Below, piece by piece: positions 1 through 11,524 of a stretch of 64,000 nucleotides of DNA. The stretch's first letter is position 1, and each line of letters opens with the position of its first letter. Position numbers and translations under genes: made by a program. The notes under the pieces were generated by a model. The model was not told the origin of the DNA. It saw only the letters and a program-made list of their open reading frames with translations, and ran no database searches. This DNA comes from Haliotis cracherodii (Eukaryota), in the NCBI RefSeq assembly GCF_022045235.1, contig NW_027266275.1, forward strand, positions 28,644,001 to 28,708,000, read 5' to 3'.

Positions 1-1083
1 TATCGTCTTAGCCTGGAATTGGTCAGGCTGTGGGCACAGTCTCTGTCAAGAGCTCGAGTTTACTTTTCAAAAAGAATCACCCGGTCACTGCGAACAAGAA
101 CCAGTTAGGGATGTGGATGGCGAACCGCCCTGCCCCATCAAGACAGCATGCCAGCCATATTTTAAAATACGGCTATTGCGGTATTAAAGCTGTCATTCTG
201 CCCCTAACAATTTAGGGAATGTTCATTACATTGAAATGTAATCTTATACCACATAAACAACATGCCGTCTTTGTTTGTCTGATGGCATGCCGCCCTTAAA
301 CCACCCCATATATTTATGACAATTTGCCTTCTGATCAATGTATCTTATTTTATGATCTGACGTCTGAATGTCATTTCACACATGTACACTCGCATCCCAC
401 GTGAAAACAGCCGCCATACAAACAAAGAAGGGTTTGTTGGGTATTTTGAGAGGCAATCTTTCTGTAAAATCTTCCATAATGAAATAGGTGCAGCATCCTG
501 CACGGTGCAGAGATTTAGAAGACAGTTGAAGATGTAACTATGTGTATACCGACGATTACAGAGCTGATATAGGAGTTATCCAATGTACGTACAAAACCTA
601 GGATACAATGAAAGTACAACCTCGTTAAACCGTACAGTAATGTCCCCAATAGATTGCCCGGATTACGAAGCCCGTTTTAACGATCATTACAAACGAGTAA
701 TGCCCCTTGTTATGTAACTGTAGAGGTTGTTGTAAACGTACGAGTAGTGTCAGTGGCAGAAAGTGATTGAAGTGTTAGTAAAATGTCGAGAACTGAATTT
801 TAGCGGCAGTCGGTCGGAGCGAGTAACTTAGAGTTATCCGCCTTTGTTGTTTATGAACCAAGCTCCTTCTTACCGCGTGACACCTTCGTTACACTCTCGG
901 TAACATGAGAGCTCCGCGAACGGGTTATCGTTGTGAGGAGCTTGTTTATGAACATGATAAACTGGTTCCGCTGTTGGTACGCGCTTAGCGCGATTTACTA
1001 GTTTACGTTTAAATATAATGTAGTTAGTATTTATTGATCTTTGTGGTCATTTACTGATTTCTTTGTACCTAGATGCCACCAAC

Positions 1084-1085
<2 letters not shown>

Positions 1086-1137
<52 letters not shown>
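1086..1137. repeat. (GA)n microsatellite
   Basis: Pure GA run visible in the sequence. Confidence 0.98.
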
Positions 1138-1139
<2 letters not shown>

Positions 1140-1142
<3 letters not shown>

Positions 1143-1890
1143 AAAACCCAGAATATCAAACAGTCCGTCGCTTAAAATCATATACTCAACAAGATGATAT
1201 TCTGAAAAGCAGTTTTAACGTGTGAGATGTAGCATTGAAGACGCCCCTGTCCTGGAAGGCCTGTCATGTCAACAACACCAACAACGATGTGTGACTATGG
1301 CTGCTACCTGGGTTCACCACTTCCAGCTTGAGTCTTACCAATCAAAACAATGGAAACGTGTGACATCATCACCCCCAACGAAGACACATACTATCCCTTC
1401 AGCTGAAAGGGCTATGGCGTCCTTGGTCTGGGATGCCGAGGCTGTCATCCTAGTGGACTATCCTCCAAAGGGCCAATTTGATCGGAGCATATTATGCTGC
1501 ACAATTGACGCAATTACGGGAGGAAAGACTAAGAGACGTGGGAAGCTGAGAAAAGCTTCCATTACCATGGCTACAATCCACGAGTGTGGCTTTTGACTTC
1601 TCCAGAACCCACCTTATTCGCCTGATCTCGCTCCGTCAGCCTCCCATCTGTTCCCAAACGTTCAGAACGCTCTAAGGAACGAACTTCGCCTCTAACGATG
1701 GCATCATAGCAGCTGTGGAGAAATTTTTGGACAGCCATGAGAAGGACGTCTACGAATCTTGGATAAAACCCCTCAAACATCGTTGGCAACAGTGTATCAA
1801 TGTTAAAGAGGATTAGGTTGAAAAATACATCATTTTAATGTTTTCAGTTCAAGTCCTTCTATGTGAGGCTCAGAATGTATCCATCAGACT
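1140..1890 (+). mobile_element. Decayed mariner (Tc1/mariner) transposon, internally deleted and frameshifted
   Basis: Fragments SIEDAP..GRP, TWVHHF..QSKQW, MASLVWDAEAVILVDY, KRRGKL, PYSPDLAPS (~1611-1640) and HRWQQCINV..VEK match mariner transposase motifs across shifting frames. Confidence 0.88.
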
Positions 1891-2610
1891 GAACGAGCTA
1901 AACCATTAACATGTTGAAATAACAGTCGGAATTTCTCAATATAGTCATTCGCCCAACGTTTCATTAGGCAGGAAAGTTACGTTAAGTATGGTTTAATAAA
2001 TTATTGTTAGGCTTGAAAGTATTGGGTATGACTTGAATTAAGATAATTTAAAAGAAAATTCGGAATTTGTTAATGAAGTGACTTTTATTTATAAATTCAA
2101 CGTTTCTTTTGGCAGGAAAGTTATCAAATCCAAATTTGGTCATGGCTTGCATTAAAAATCGTCTGAATTGTAACACTTCAAAGTCTTAAATGATTTGAAT
2201 TGAGAGAATTTGTAAAGAAAGTTGGCATCCAGGATTCCATCAAACTCTTTTCCCATACACTGAATAGATCTGAAAATAACACTCATGTAAATGTGGCTTG
2301 AATTTGAATGTTTTGAAAAACATCTATTTTTTTAAGACATTGAGAATCTCACCTTCTTGTCTCCAAAAAAGTTTTGCCAAGAAGTTTTAAAATTGTATTG
2401 ACGACTGTTGATATATTTTGTTTTGTATCAAAAGACACAAAGGTGGGATTCTATTTATCATCCAAAATCATTCTGCCAACTTATTTAGTTTGTAAACAGT
2501 AATAATCAGTGTCTTCAGTGTAAAGTACAGCTAGAGATTAGTGATGTCATTTGTTCGACGTCATGGTAACCGATGACGTAACAATGGTCTGCTAAGCATT
2601 GCGATGCAAT
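1890..2610 (+). repeat. Local direct duplication, partner 4487-4937 plus 5665-5790; possibly a very decayed L1/Tx1-like LINE fragment
   Basis: Shared blocks cccaacgtttcat-aggcaggaaagttac, aggcttgaaagtattgggtatgact, tttatcatcc..ttgtaaacagtaat and gattagtgat..caatgg.ctgc.aagcattg. The LINE origin rests only on weak GLKVL and FCQEVLK peptides. Confidence 0.7.
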
Positions 2611-2632
2611 TTCTTTGCATGGTGTCTCATAG

Positions 2633-2800
2633 GAGTTAGTGAGTGAGTTAGGTTTAGCGCCGTTTTGAACAGTATTCACAGTATTTAGGTTGGAGGAAAG
2701 CACGAAGTGATGCAGGTATCAGACGTTTATCACTTTGGTAAAACCCATGAGCACGGGTAAATGCTAACATAATCGAGGCGAACCGGGATTCGCACCCACG
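2633..2800 (-). mobile_element. tRNA-derived SINE family C, partial
   Basis: Reverse complement matches 8391-8676 (cagacgttta.cactt, ggcgaaccgggattcg.accc); ACTC tail. Confidence 0.8.
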
Positions 2801-3297
2801 TTTCTCCTAGGAGATATCACTAGATCTCATCGAAGCTATATATCCCATGGAATCTAGTTTTTTAACCCACCCAGAAAGAATCGCGTTTACATTTTGATGA
2901 ATAGCCGCTGTTATCATCAGTTCTAAAGTCAAACCTCTGTGCATATGAATGTTATTATGAATGTGATATTGAATATATCTTTTATCTTGATAAGTTTGTA
3001 AGCGGACTTCTCCATTTAAATATTGTGATCTTTCTACCTCTGCAGCCTATGTAATGAGTGCACCTAATCAATGCACTGGGTGAACTCACAAATCTGGGCG
3101 GACGTGGCCTTGGGTAGCGAGTTTGGAATTTGTTTAAGGCTGAACAATGGCAAACCTGTTCATGGAACCAGTGTTTGTGTACTGGGGCCGCTAAAGAGGC
3201 TCTGAGATGTACGTCACGGGCTGAGAGAGACACGTGCCGAAAAGGACTAACTGATATAGTAGTGTTATTATAGAGTACTAACATTGCCGGGGTACCG

Positions 3298-3850
3298 TTA
3301 TACTGGACGTGTACTGTGTACAGAACACTCAGTATGACGTTTAACAGATTTCTTTTTCAAGTAACCGCGTTCCAGGGCCATTTGCTGAAGAACTGGACTT
3401 CCACCATTGCAGAGTTCACCCTCTCGACATTTTGAATAAATGAAGAAAAGGGATTTTTTTAAATGGCAAGAATTTGTTTTGGACACAACTATGAATACAC
3501 GCAAATATACATCACTGGCTGTGCAATGGTCGTATATAAAACTGGGAAAACGTGTGATTTTGTTGAAATTATTAATATATTACAAAATATTGCGTGACTT
3601 ATAACCCATGAAGCAACTAAGACAACAGCTTGAAGAACCATGCAGTATAAGAAACAGCAATTTGGTATCTTCCCATCCTGTCGCGATATACCTGGAATAA
3701 TGCCGATGCGACGTTAAATATTAACCCACTCACTCTTCCCATGCTTAAATATAACTATGTGTTGTTGAACGTATCCTGAACCCAACTTATACAGAACGGA
3801 GAGGAACATTTCGTAAGAATAAATAGAAGAGAAGTGTATACGGTAAGTGT
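3298..3850. repeat. Segment duplicated in inverted orientation at 13210-13700
   Basis: For example 3550-3640 is the reverse complement of 13395-13480, and 3760-3850 is the reverse complement of 13210-13300. Confidence 0.85.
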
Positions 3851-3875
3851 CTAAATAAGCCTGCGATAGGAAGGT

Positions 3876-4177
3876 CAATCTCATTAAAATCAGACCTTAG
3901 TTCTCGCTACCGCTAAACAAAGATCTGAGGACATCCCATTACGGGTCATGTCAGAACGACCTTTCGCGAACTTCGACCGACCAATCAAATGTCGAACAGG
4001 AAGTCGAAATTAGCCAATCAGGAAGCAGCTCTCTCCAGTTTTATGGCACTGGTTTCAAAATGGCGACTTCCATACCGGACAACGCTTTGGAAAATATTTT
4101 GACAAAGTTCGCGATTCCAAATCTGAAAACCGAACAAAAGCGGTATCGAGAACTAAGATCTGATTTTAATGAGATAG
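3876..4177 (+). mobile_element. Non-autonomous AcademH-like DNA transposon retaining promoter and RecQ-like helicase 5' end
   Basis: TIR CAATCTCATTAAAATCAGA.CTTAGTTCTCG at both ends; 9-bp TSD taggaaggt/tagggaggt; ATG at 4060 encodes MATSIPDNALENILTKFAIPNLKTEQK, resembling the RecQ Q-motif region. Confidence 0.75.
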
Positions 4178-4937
4178 TAGGGAGGTGAATATCAAAGTTA
4201 AAGGACGTAATTGTATCGAAGATGTTACATAGAGAATATAAATATATAAATATAATTATATTAAATATATCCACACGAATCGATAAAAGTTTAAAACTTC
4301 GAGGTTTGCCGAGGCTTACCATGATATCACAATGAAATGACATCACTGATCTCTCTGTAACAGAAGCTGGTTAGCAGTGCTTTTCACACTCTTTGCGAGG
4401 CTCAGAGGCTCAGAGGCTCTTTTAAATCAACCCTCGTGTATCGGTGTTATCAGCCAAGGAAACGTAAGGTCTTAAAGTATTCTCACTGAACAAGTTAAAC
4501 AATTAAAATGATGAAATAACATAGTTGAAATTTCTAAATATAGTGACTTTAAATCATACACCCAACGTTTCATAAGGCAGGAAAGTTACATTAAGTATGT
4601 TTTTTTTAGGCTTGAAAGTATTGGGTATGACTAAGGTAATTTATATGAAAGTTCCATCAATCTCTTTTCTCCTAAATCAAAAGCATCATACCCCGAAGCC
4701 ATCTAAAAATAGAACTCCAGTAACTTTGACCTTTGATTGAAAGTTTTGGACAAAAGGTATTGAAAAGAAACACCGAGAATCTCTCCCACGTGTCTCAGTA
4801 ACTTAACTTTAACTCCGAGTCTTGCAAAGTCATATTGACGAGTGTGGCTATATTTCATATCAATAGGCACGAAGGTGAGATTCCATTTATCATCCCAACT
4901 CTTTCTTCCAACATTTTCAGGTTGTAAACAGTAATAG

Positions 4938-5664
4938 AAGATATTTACGCGATAAATCGTAAAGAACAACGAAGAAAGAAGTGTAGTTTATTTCAGAAAT
5001 AAACTTCGAGTTGGTGTTGTTTATGTATAATATAACACTGAAATAAACCACACTTCGTTCTTCATTGTTCTTTGCGATTTATCGCGTAGATATCTTATAT
5101 TTAACGATAAAAACATTGTTCTATCATGACGTCATCTTGAGATTCGAACATGCGCTCGCAACTTGATGACGTCGACGTTATTTTTTAGAGGGAAGTGTCA
5201 TGTAAGTTGTTCCCCAATAGATGTAGCTGAGGTACGCAGATAAACGCAGTGGCCGAACGGTCGCATCCAAACGTGGGAGAGATATGACAATAGGTATTAT
5301 GAGAAAATGTACAGATAATTGAGTGAGGATTGTGAGAATATGCGGGAAATACCAAACTTAACCCAACTGTTAATAAATGGACTTGTCCGACATTGCCGAG
5401 GTCGGATTCTATTTAGGGATTCATCATTATCAAAAGTAAGGTAACTGTTTTTAAAGATCTTACATTTATATCAACATCCCTAAAGAGGGTGTACATAATG
5501 TGTATATATCATGTAAGATATACACGATCCGTGGTCGTTGTCTATCGTACAATAAAACACTGCAGTGGAGAATAAACCACTCGGGGCTGCGTCCTTCACG
5601 GTTTATTCTCCCTTGAGTGTTTTAATGTACGATAAACAACTCCCACTCGTTGTTTATTTCTTAA
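4938..5664. mobile_element. Non-autonomous element with a long hairpin at each end (Crypton-like, tentative)
   Basis: Left ~60-bp inverted repeat 4938-5096; right hairpin ~5515-5664 centred on CACTCGGGGCTGCG.CC.TC. The element is absent from the paralogous site near 2503. A second copy lies at 29545-29876. Confidence 0.6.
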
Positions 5665-5829
5665 ATAAACAGTGTGGTGTTAAAGGTACTGCCAATCAGC
5701 TTCTTTAGCAGACAGATTAGTGATAGTATTTGATAGTGACGTCATCGGTTATAACGTCACAATGGCCTGCCAAGCATTGTCATACATTCTCCTGTGGAGG
5801 CTAGTCTGAAATGATAAAGTTTTTCCCCT

Positions 5830-6100
5830 GTCGACGATGTTACAGTCGTGCCCTGTGGCGTTGCTGATTTCGAGTGCATAAGGGTGCAGATACCTTTGAA
5901 CATATCGGGCATTGCCTGGAGAGCTCCCCTCTCCCGACACCCCTCCCAAAGCAGCGTCTTGTAGTCTGCACTTGCCAGCAAGGTTGTAATATCAGTACAG
6001 CGACTACCTCGTCTGTCAAACCCTCTCTTACTAAAACGCATTTGTTACCTGCGAAACAAACTAGTAGTGCAAGTCTTCTAATGAGTCGCATGATTTAATT
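5830..6100. repeat. Segment duplicated in inverted orientation at 12885-13200
   Basis: Both ORF-track translations share LTDEVVA.LIL and A.AMPD.F.GICT on opposite strands. Confidence 0.85.
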
Positions 6101-6199
6101 CTGTGCAGAGCAGACATAAGCTGTTGTTTTCTTCTTTAGTGCATCAGCCTGGCTTAAGTAAAATAAAAAATGATGAAAAAAATATTTTTTTAAATTGCG

Positions 6200-6470
6200 T
6201 GTTTATGAATAACCTTGATTTGAACACACCCCGATTATATGATATTATTGCAAAAGATCCAAATCTCCAAGATTTATGGTAACTATTTGCAAATATTTTG
6301 AAGAAAGGGCGTTGTAACCACTTCACCTTCACTTGTAGGAAAAGGACATGGAATGCTTTGTTAGTCCGCGCGATGTTGTTTCCAGTCGTCCGGATTAACA
6401 AGTGTTCGGAATAACGAGTCCTCATAGGAATCGCTCTTTACGAGGGGTCTCCGTATTAGCGAGTTTCACT
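6200..6470. mobile_element. Decayed pogo/Tigger-like MITE
   Basis: Repeated ccggatta/cggaataacgag motifs and an end resembling cgtattagcgagtttcact; the other terminus is degraded. Confidence 0.4.
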
Positions 6471-6674
6471 TAACCTGGAATAGGTATCAGATGCAATCTA
6501 ACCAGTTTTGCCAAACTGATGTAACACAATCCTGTAAACATATGGCATAAAATGACTGATATACTAGCATCACAGTTGACACTAGCGAGAGTTTTTATCG
6601 CATTATAAAACCTCCGTCAATGGTTGAAATGCCATTGCAATCTGTTTCCATGACAACGTATGAACTTAGAGACA

Positions 6675-7306
6675 AGTGTGCATTAGTCTGTGCTATGTGT
6701 TCGCTTTCACGACACTTTGTAATGAATCAGTTCCCTAAAGTACTGTACTTAAAGTGGTTTCCTCAAAGTATCGATGAAACTGCAACACCGGTATACGATC
6801 GGAATGTTGTCGTCGTTGTTTCAAGACGAGGTCTTTTTACCATTGTTCGTCTCCACCTGTCAGTTCTGATGTATTGACTCATTCATACGAGAATCTCTGA
6901 AGAGCCAGAGTGGTTACGATAATGAAATATTCCCCGTCCTTGTGGGTACCGCGATGTAACGTGTTTGACAGCCCCACCCCCGCGTTGCCGGCTGTCAGGT
7001 ATTCCGGGGGAGAGGAGAGTGGAAATACAGCGTGTACGAGAGAAGGCTATCCAGACTGCATGCCGACGTCGTGAGTTGATGCCCACCACGTAGCATCGTA
7101 GATGATGTTGGCGTTGCAGAAATAATTACAATGAAAACAAAACTGATCAGCGTCAATCTATCAATATTCTGTTGTTGTTTTTGTTTGTTTTTTCTACACT
7201 TGATCTCAGTGTTCAGCGCATCATGGTTCTCCCTAGTAAGTCAATTATTCACGTCAGAAGATATTGACAGATATTCTACATAACGTGTACCTTTAGTGCT
7301 GACTTA
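6675..7306. repeat. GC-rich segment of unknown nature, direct duplicate of 15532-16150
   Basis: Roughly 90% identity by eye; near-identical ORF-track translations at 6620/15438 and 6883/15737. Confidence 0.92.
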
Positions 7307-7664
7307 CACTCTAAAAATGAGTGTCTATATATTAAACGCAAAATTAAACGCTTATTTGTCTCACCTTTTTAAACACCGTTTTGTGTTTATTATCTAAACA
7401 CTGTTTATGTTATTAACAAGTGTTTACGAATTAAACAATAGGTTAGTTTCTAAACGGTACTGGTGTTTACAAAATAAACACCTAACTGTTTAACCAATGT
7501 CTCACCCTTTTAAACGCAAAAACGTGTTTACATTGCTACTTGTGTTTAGGAATCAAACATCTGGCGACTAAACACAAGTAAACTAGTACTGTCAAAGTAG
7601 ATGTAAACGTGTGAACATCTGATGTCCATGTAGCGCAGTCTACAGTGGTCTTGTACATTTATCA

Positions 7665-7803
7665 NNNNNNNNNNNNNNNNNNNNNNNNNNNNNNNNNNNN
7701 NNNNNNNNNNNNNNNNNNNNNNNNNNNNNNNNNNNNNNNNNNNNNNNNNNNNNNNNNNNNNNNNNNNNNNNNNNNNNNNNNNNNNNNNNNNNNNNNNNNN
7801 NNN
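7665..7803. other. Assembly gap (N run)
   Basis: 139 N characters. Confidence 0.99.
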
Positions 7804-8390
7804 TTCGGGCTAGTATCTGTCCTTGTTGCTGTAAACAATGCCTATAATATAGCGTAAAGATATACTGGAAAACCAGTCACGTGTAAAGCAAGGTTTGCCA
7901 AAGTGAAAGTAGGAATAATATAATAGACTAAAGGCTGACAACCCGAAGCGAATGTAAAGTAAGTGAAGAGATTTATTCTTGACAGCATAACTATATCATC
8001 TTATGTATTAAATGACTATTACAAACATGATGATGATGACATACCTGGATGACAAAAGCTCCTCTATTCACAGAGAAAGTTAACTGTTGGAATAGAATCA
8101 TTAATGTGACAATAGGAATTGTGTGTTGCATAGTTGTACTTTACACCCTGAATAGCAGAATTATATAAACACAAAATAAGGAACAATCAATAGAACACTA
8201 AACACTTCAGTTAATCAAGTCGGATGTCCACGACCCTGAATGCAGTGGGATTTACAACTTCCGTTCCACGGGCCACAAATTAGTACAAAATGTGAGCACG
8301 TGGATAATGGACTTTCTAAATGTAGGACAAGAAAAGAGGTTTATATTTTCAGCTTTGACAGTTGCATAGGTAATTGTATTTCTTATCACT

Positions 8391-8676
8391 AGGGGCACGG
8401 GTGGCCCAGTCGTCTAAGGCGCCGCGATTCGCTGTGCAGAGTTGCGTCCCTTGGGCACGCCAGAAACCTATGATTGTGGGTTCGAATCCCGGTTCGCCCC
8501 AATTATCTTTCTAGGTTTGTCAGCACCATACCCGTGCTCGTTGGTTTCCCCGAAGTGGTAAACGTCTGAGACCTGCATCACTTCGGGCTTTCCTCCCACA
8601 TTAAGCTGACACGCCGTGATGTAACTGGAATACTGTTAAAAGCGGCGTTAAGTCCAACTCACTCACTCACTCACTC
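8391..8676 (+). mobile_element. tRNA-derived SINE family C, full length
   Basis: A-box TGGCCCAGTCG, B-box GGTTCGAATCC, body ending ..ggaatactgttaaaagcggcgttaa and a (ACTC)n tail. Confidence 0.9.
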
Positions 8677-8885
8677 TAATCACGAACACCATCAGACTTG
8701 GCGAATGTTCGTTGGACGCTTTCTGTACACCCTTGTCTACATCGTCAGGTGAAAAATCCCGAAACAAAACAACAAATAAACACTTTAACAACCTCAGTGA
8801 GATCGAATTGCATAGTCTTAATTTTATAAAATATATTTAATACTACCAGAGCAATGCTTCACATTAACATGACCTTAAATATGAC

Positions 8886-9012
8886 GGGACACGGGTGGCC
8901 CAGTCGCCTCCATACGTTGTGCAGAGTTGCTTCCCTTGGCACGCCAGAAACCTGTGATCGTGTGTTCGAATCCCAGTCCGTCCCGATTTATGTTTCGAAG
9001 TTTGTCAGCACC
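8886..9012 (+). mobile_element. SINE family C, 5' fragment
   Basis: Matches 8392-8530. Confidence 0.85.
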
Positions 9013-9824
9013 GTGGGGTACTAAACACCTTTGCCAGACGTGTGGACGAAGCAAAATGGAGAATAAACATGACGTCATATGCCACGTTCCTACCCAGAGA
9101 TCATTGCGGCTAATGCTCGAAGTGTGGTCAAATGCATTCATATGACATCGGGGAATTCCGACCCGTTGTGTATTGACCTAAATGCGGATTGTATTTTCAA
9201 CACAGTATGTTTAGAGTGCGAATGGTAGATCTAAACACCTGTGTTTAACATTGGTCAGTTTCATGTTAAAATTTAAGTATAAAAAATCATCAGCCATGAA
9301 GGAATGATTTAAGTCTTTAGATATCTGTATTCAGTTAGAGGTGATAGTAAAACTCCGCGGACAACTTTTTGACAAGTATGTATATCACACTGAACAGCAA
9401 AACTACGACACCGAAAGATGTATCTCTTTCATACCATGGTGTGTCATTAGAAAATTAAAATATTGCGTCCAAACTCATGTTATCTGGCAGACACTTTACA
9501 TTACATAATTTTCAGTAGTCTCTTACAATGCAAGTTAGCAACGTTTAGAACTTACACGCTGAGGTATTAACAGCTATGTGCGATCTAACCATACGCATGT
9601 TGTATAGTTATCATGCAGTGTAGTGTTTAAAATGTAAACAGGAAATGTATAAAACATTAACACTCTAAATACAGATGGTTTACAGTATAACGTTATGGTT
9701 AATATATTTTCTGGCACGTCTTCAACTGAATTCAAAGTCTAAGATGTTGTAGAAGTACCAAACACTGCTGGTTATTGCTTGACGTTTAATGTTGATCAGT
9801 CCATCCTGGTTTTATATTAATTAC

Positions 9825-10010
9825 ACGGATTATGTTTCAAGGTTTATCAGCACCATACCCGTGCTTGTGAGTTTCTTCACCATTTCGGGTCTTCCTCCCA
9901 CATCAAGCTGACACGCCGTGATATAGCTGAAATACTTTTCAAAGCGGCGTTTGACCCAATCGAACGAACGAACGAATACACGCTCGAACGGACGAACGAA
10001 CGAACGATCA
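9825..10010 (+). mobile_element. SINE family C, 3' part with (CGAA)n tail
   Basis: cagcaccatacccgtgct..aagctgacacgccgtgat..aagcggcgtt matches 8510-8650. Confidence 0.85.
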
Positions 10011-10506
10011 ATCAATCCGCTGTATTTAACTTTACCAGTGCATATAGTATGGGAAAAGTCCAGTTCATCAGCAAGTGGTTCTGGAACGAAATTACTTAAA
10101 TAGAAAATCTTTTGAACGTCACATTGAACACAGACCACGCCCTGTAGAACAGTACATTGACAATGTGAGAGAAAAAACAGCAATTTATCTGTCAGAACCC
10201 GAAACTTCGGCGAGGCGATCAAAAGGCTTAGCAGTGGAAAACCTTAAGGCCCCTCCGGTTTTTAACACAGATTTACAATAGTCGCAATTCATAGACATAT
10301 TTGTGAACAGATACATTTATGAATGTGGTCAAGGGCCAATTTTCACGAAGCAATCTAAGCGCTACGACTGTCGTAAATCAATGTTAGTTTATTATAACTT
10401 TAACAAAAACAGGATTACTGACAAACTAGGTATCAAAATTGTATTATACCATGGTCCATTGCATACATGACAATTGTCTTTGGCGTCGGGGGATTCTCAT
10501 GTTTAT

Positions 10507-10665
10507 GAGTGAGTGAGTTTTACGCCACTTTTAGCAATATTCCAGCAATATCACGGTGGGGGACACCAGACATTTGCTTCACACATTGTACCCATGTCGG
10601 GAATCGAACCCGGGTCTTCGGCGTGACGAGCGAACGCTTTAACAAATAGGCCACCCGACCGCCCC
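10507..10665 (-). mobile_element. tRNA-derived SINE family A (tRNA-Asp-like head)
   Basis: Minus strand carries a tRNA head with GTC anticodon context (GCTCGTCACGCCG) and B-box GGTTCGATTCC; flanked by TSD TTCTCATGTTTATG. Confidence 0.93.
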
Positions 10666-11524
10666 TTCTCATGTTTATGCTAACTACAACTTTAACAATG
10701 AAACCTGTGGTTGGGCATCAACCTTAACTAGACAGTTTACATGCCTAAGAATTGGCTGCAAACTACAAAGATATAGTGCCGCATGTGAATGAGCATCACC
10801 AGAACTCGAGGCAGCTTGACGGAGCATCAGTCATTATGACCCCAGCATGAAGGGTGCCGTCGAGTGTACGACCTACGCTTCTGTGTATCAGAAACAGTAG
10901 TTGGCAGCGTGCCATCAACACTATTTAGTGACTCCTAAACGCTAGATATGGATATGCTAAACTGCATATTAAACTTCATGAGAATCCATGTCCCTAGGGA
11001 TAGTTACAGAATTACAGAATGTTTGGTAAAAGACAATATCCCCTGAAAGATTATAGATATTTAACTAAGCTAGATGTGTACAGCTATGACTGATGGGGAG
11101 GGAGACAAATAACCCCTGGATCATTAAGGAATCTGAACTGCTAAACCGCAATATTAACACTGAGTATCACTGTCCCTGATACATTTAAAAATTGTGAAGC
11201 ATGTCCGGTAAAAAGACAATATGAACATTGAGACTGTGAACATGTCTAAGAGGTGGTGTTGAGGGAGGAGGTGGTATTTTTCAGCTCACAAAGCATGGCG
11301 GATAACAACTTTAGCACCGAATGTCAACATATGTAACGGAAGTAGTATGTGAAGTGCGCATGAGCAGAAGTACTGAATGGCAACACGTAACTGAACGATG
11401 ATAGTACCAAATATGTGACAAAGCTGTATTTATTATTGACTATGCATTGTGATTAACAACAATGTGATACAAGGCCGTGTGACGTCATCACGGGAGACTG
11501 ATCCGTACAAGAGTTCTCTTGTAA

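Larger units (their letters stand above)
7307..9692. mobile_element. Insertion beginning CACTCTAAAAA (EnSpm/CACTA-like non-autonomous element) with nested SINEs and a gap
   Basis: The paralog at 16145 reads gctggcttatggttaatatattttctgg; here gctgactta (7306) resumes as ttatggttaatatattttctgg at 9693. Many TAAACAC/GTGTTTA subterminal repeats at 7330-7600. Confidence 0.55.

Noticed and set aside
6890-6960. Hammerhead ribozyme (CTGAAGA-GCCA..TGGT..GAAA)
   Set aside because: Nine extra bases separate stem II from GAAA, and no convincing stems I/III or cleavage triplet were found.
10507-10665. tRNA-Asp gene, and tRNA-like heads of other SINEs
   Set aside because: Acceptor stems are imperfect, the heads run into SINE bodies and tails, and they are flanked by TSDs.
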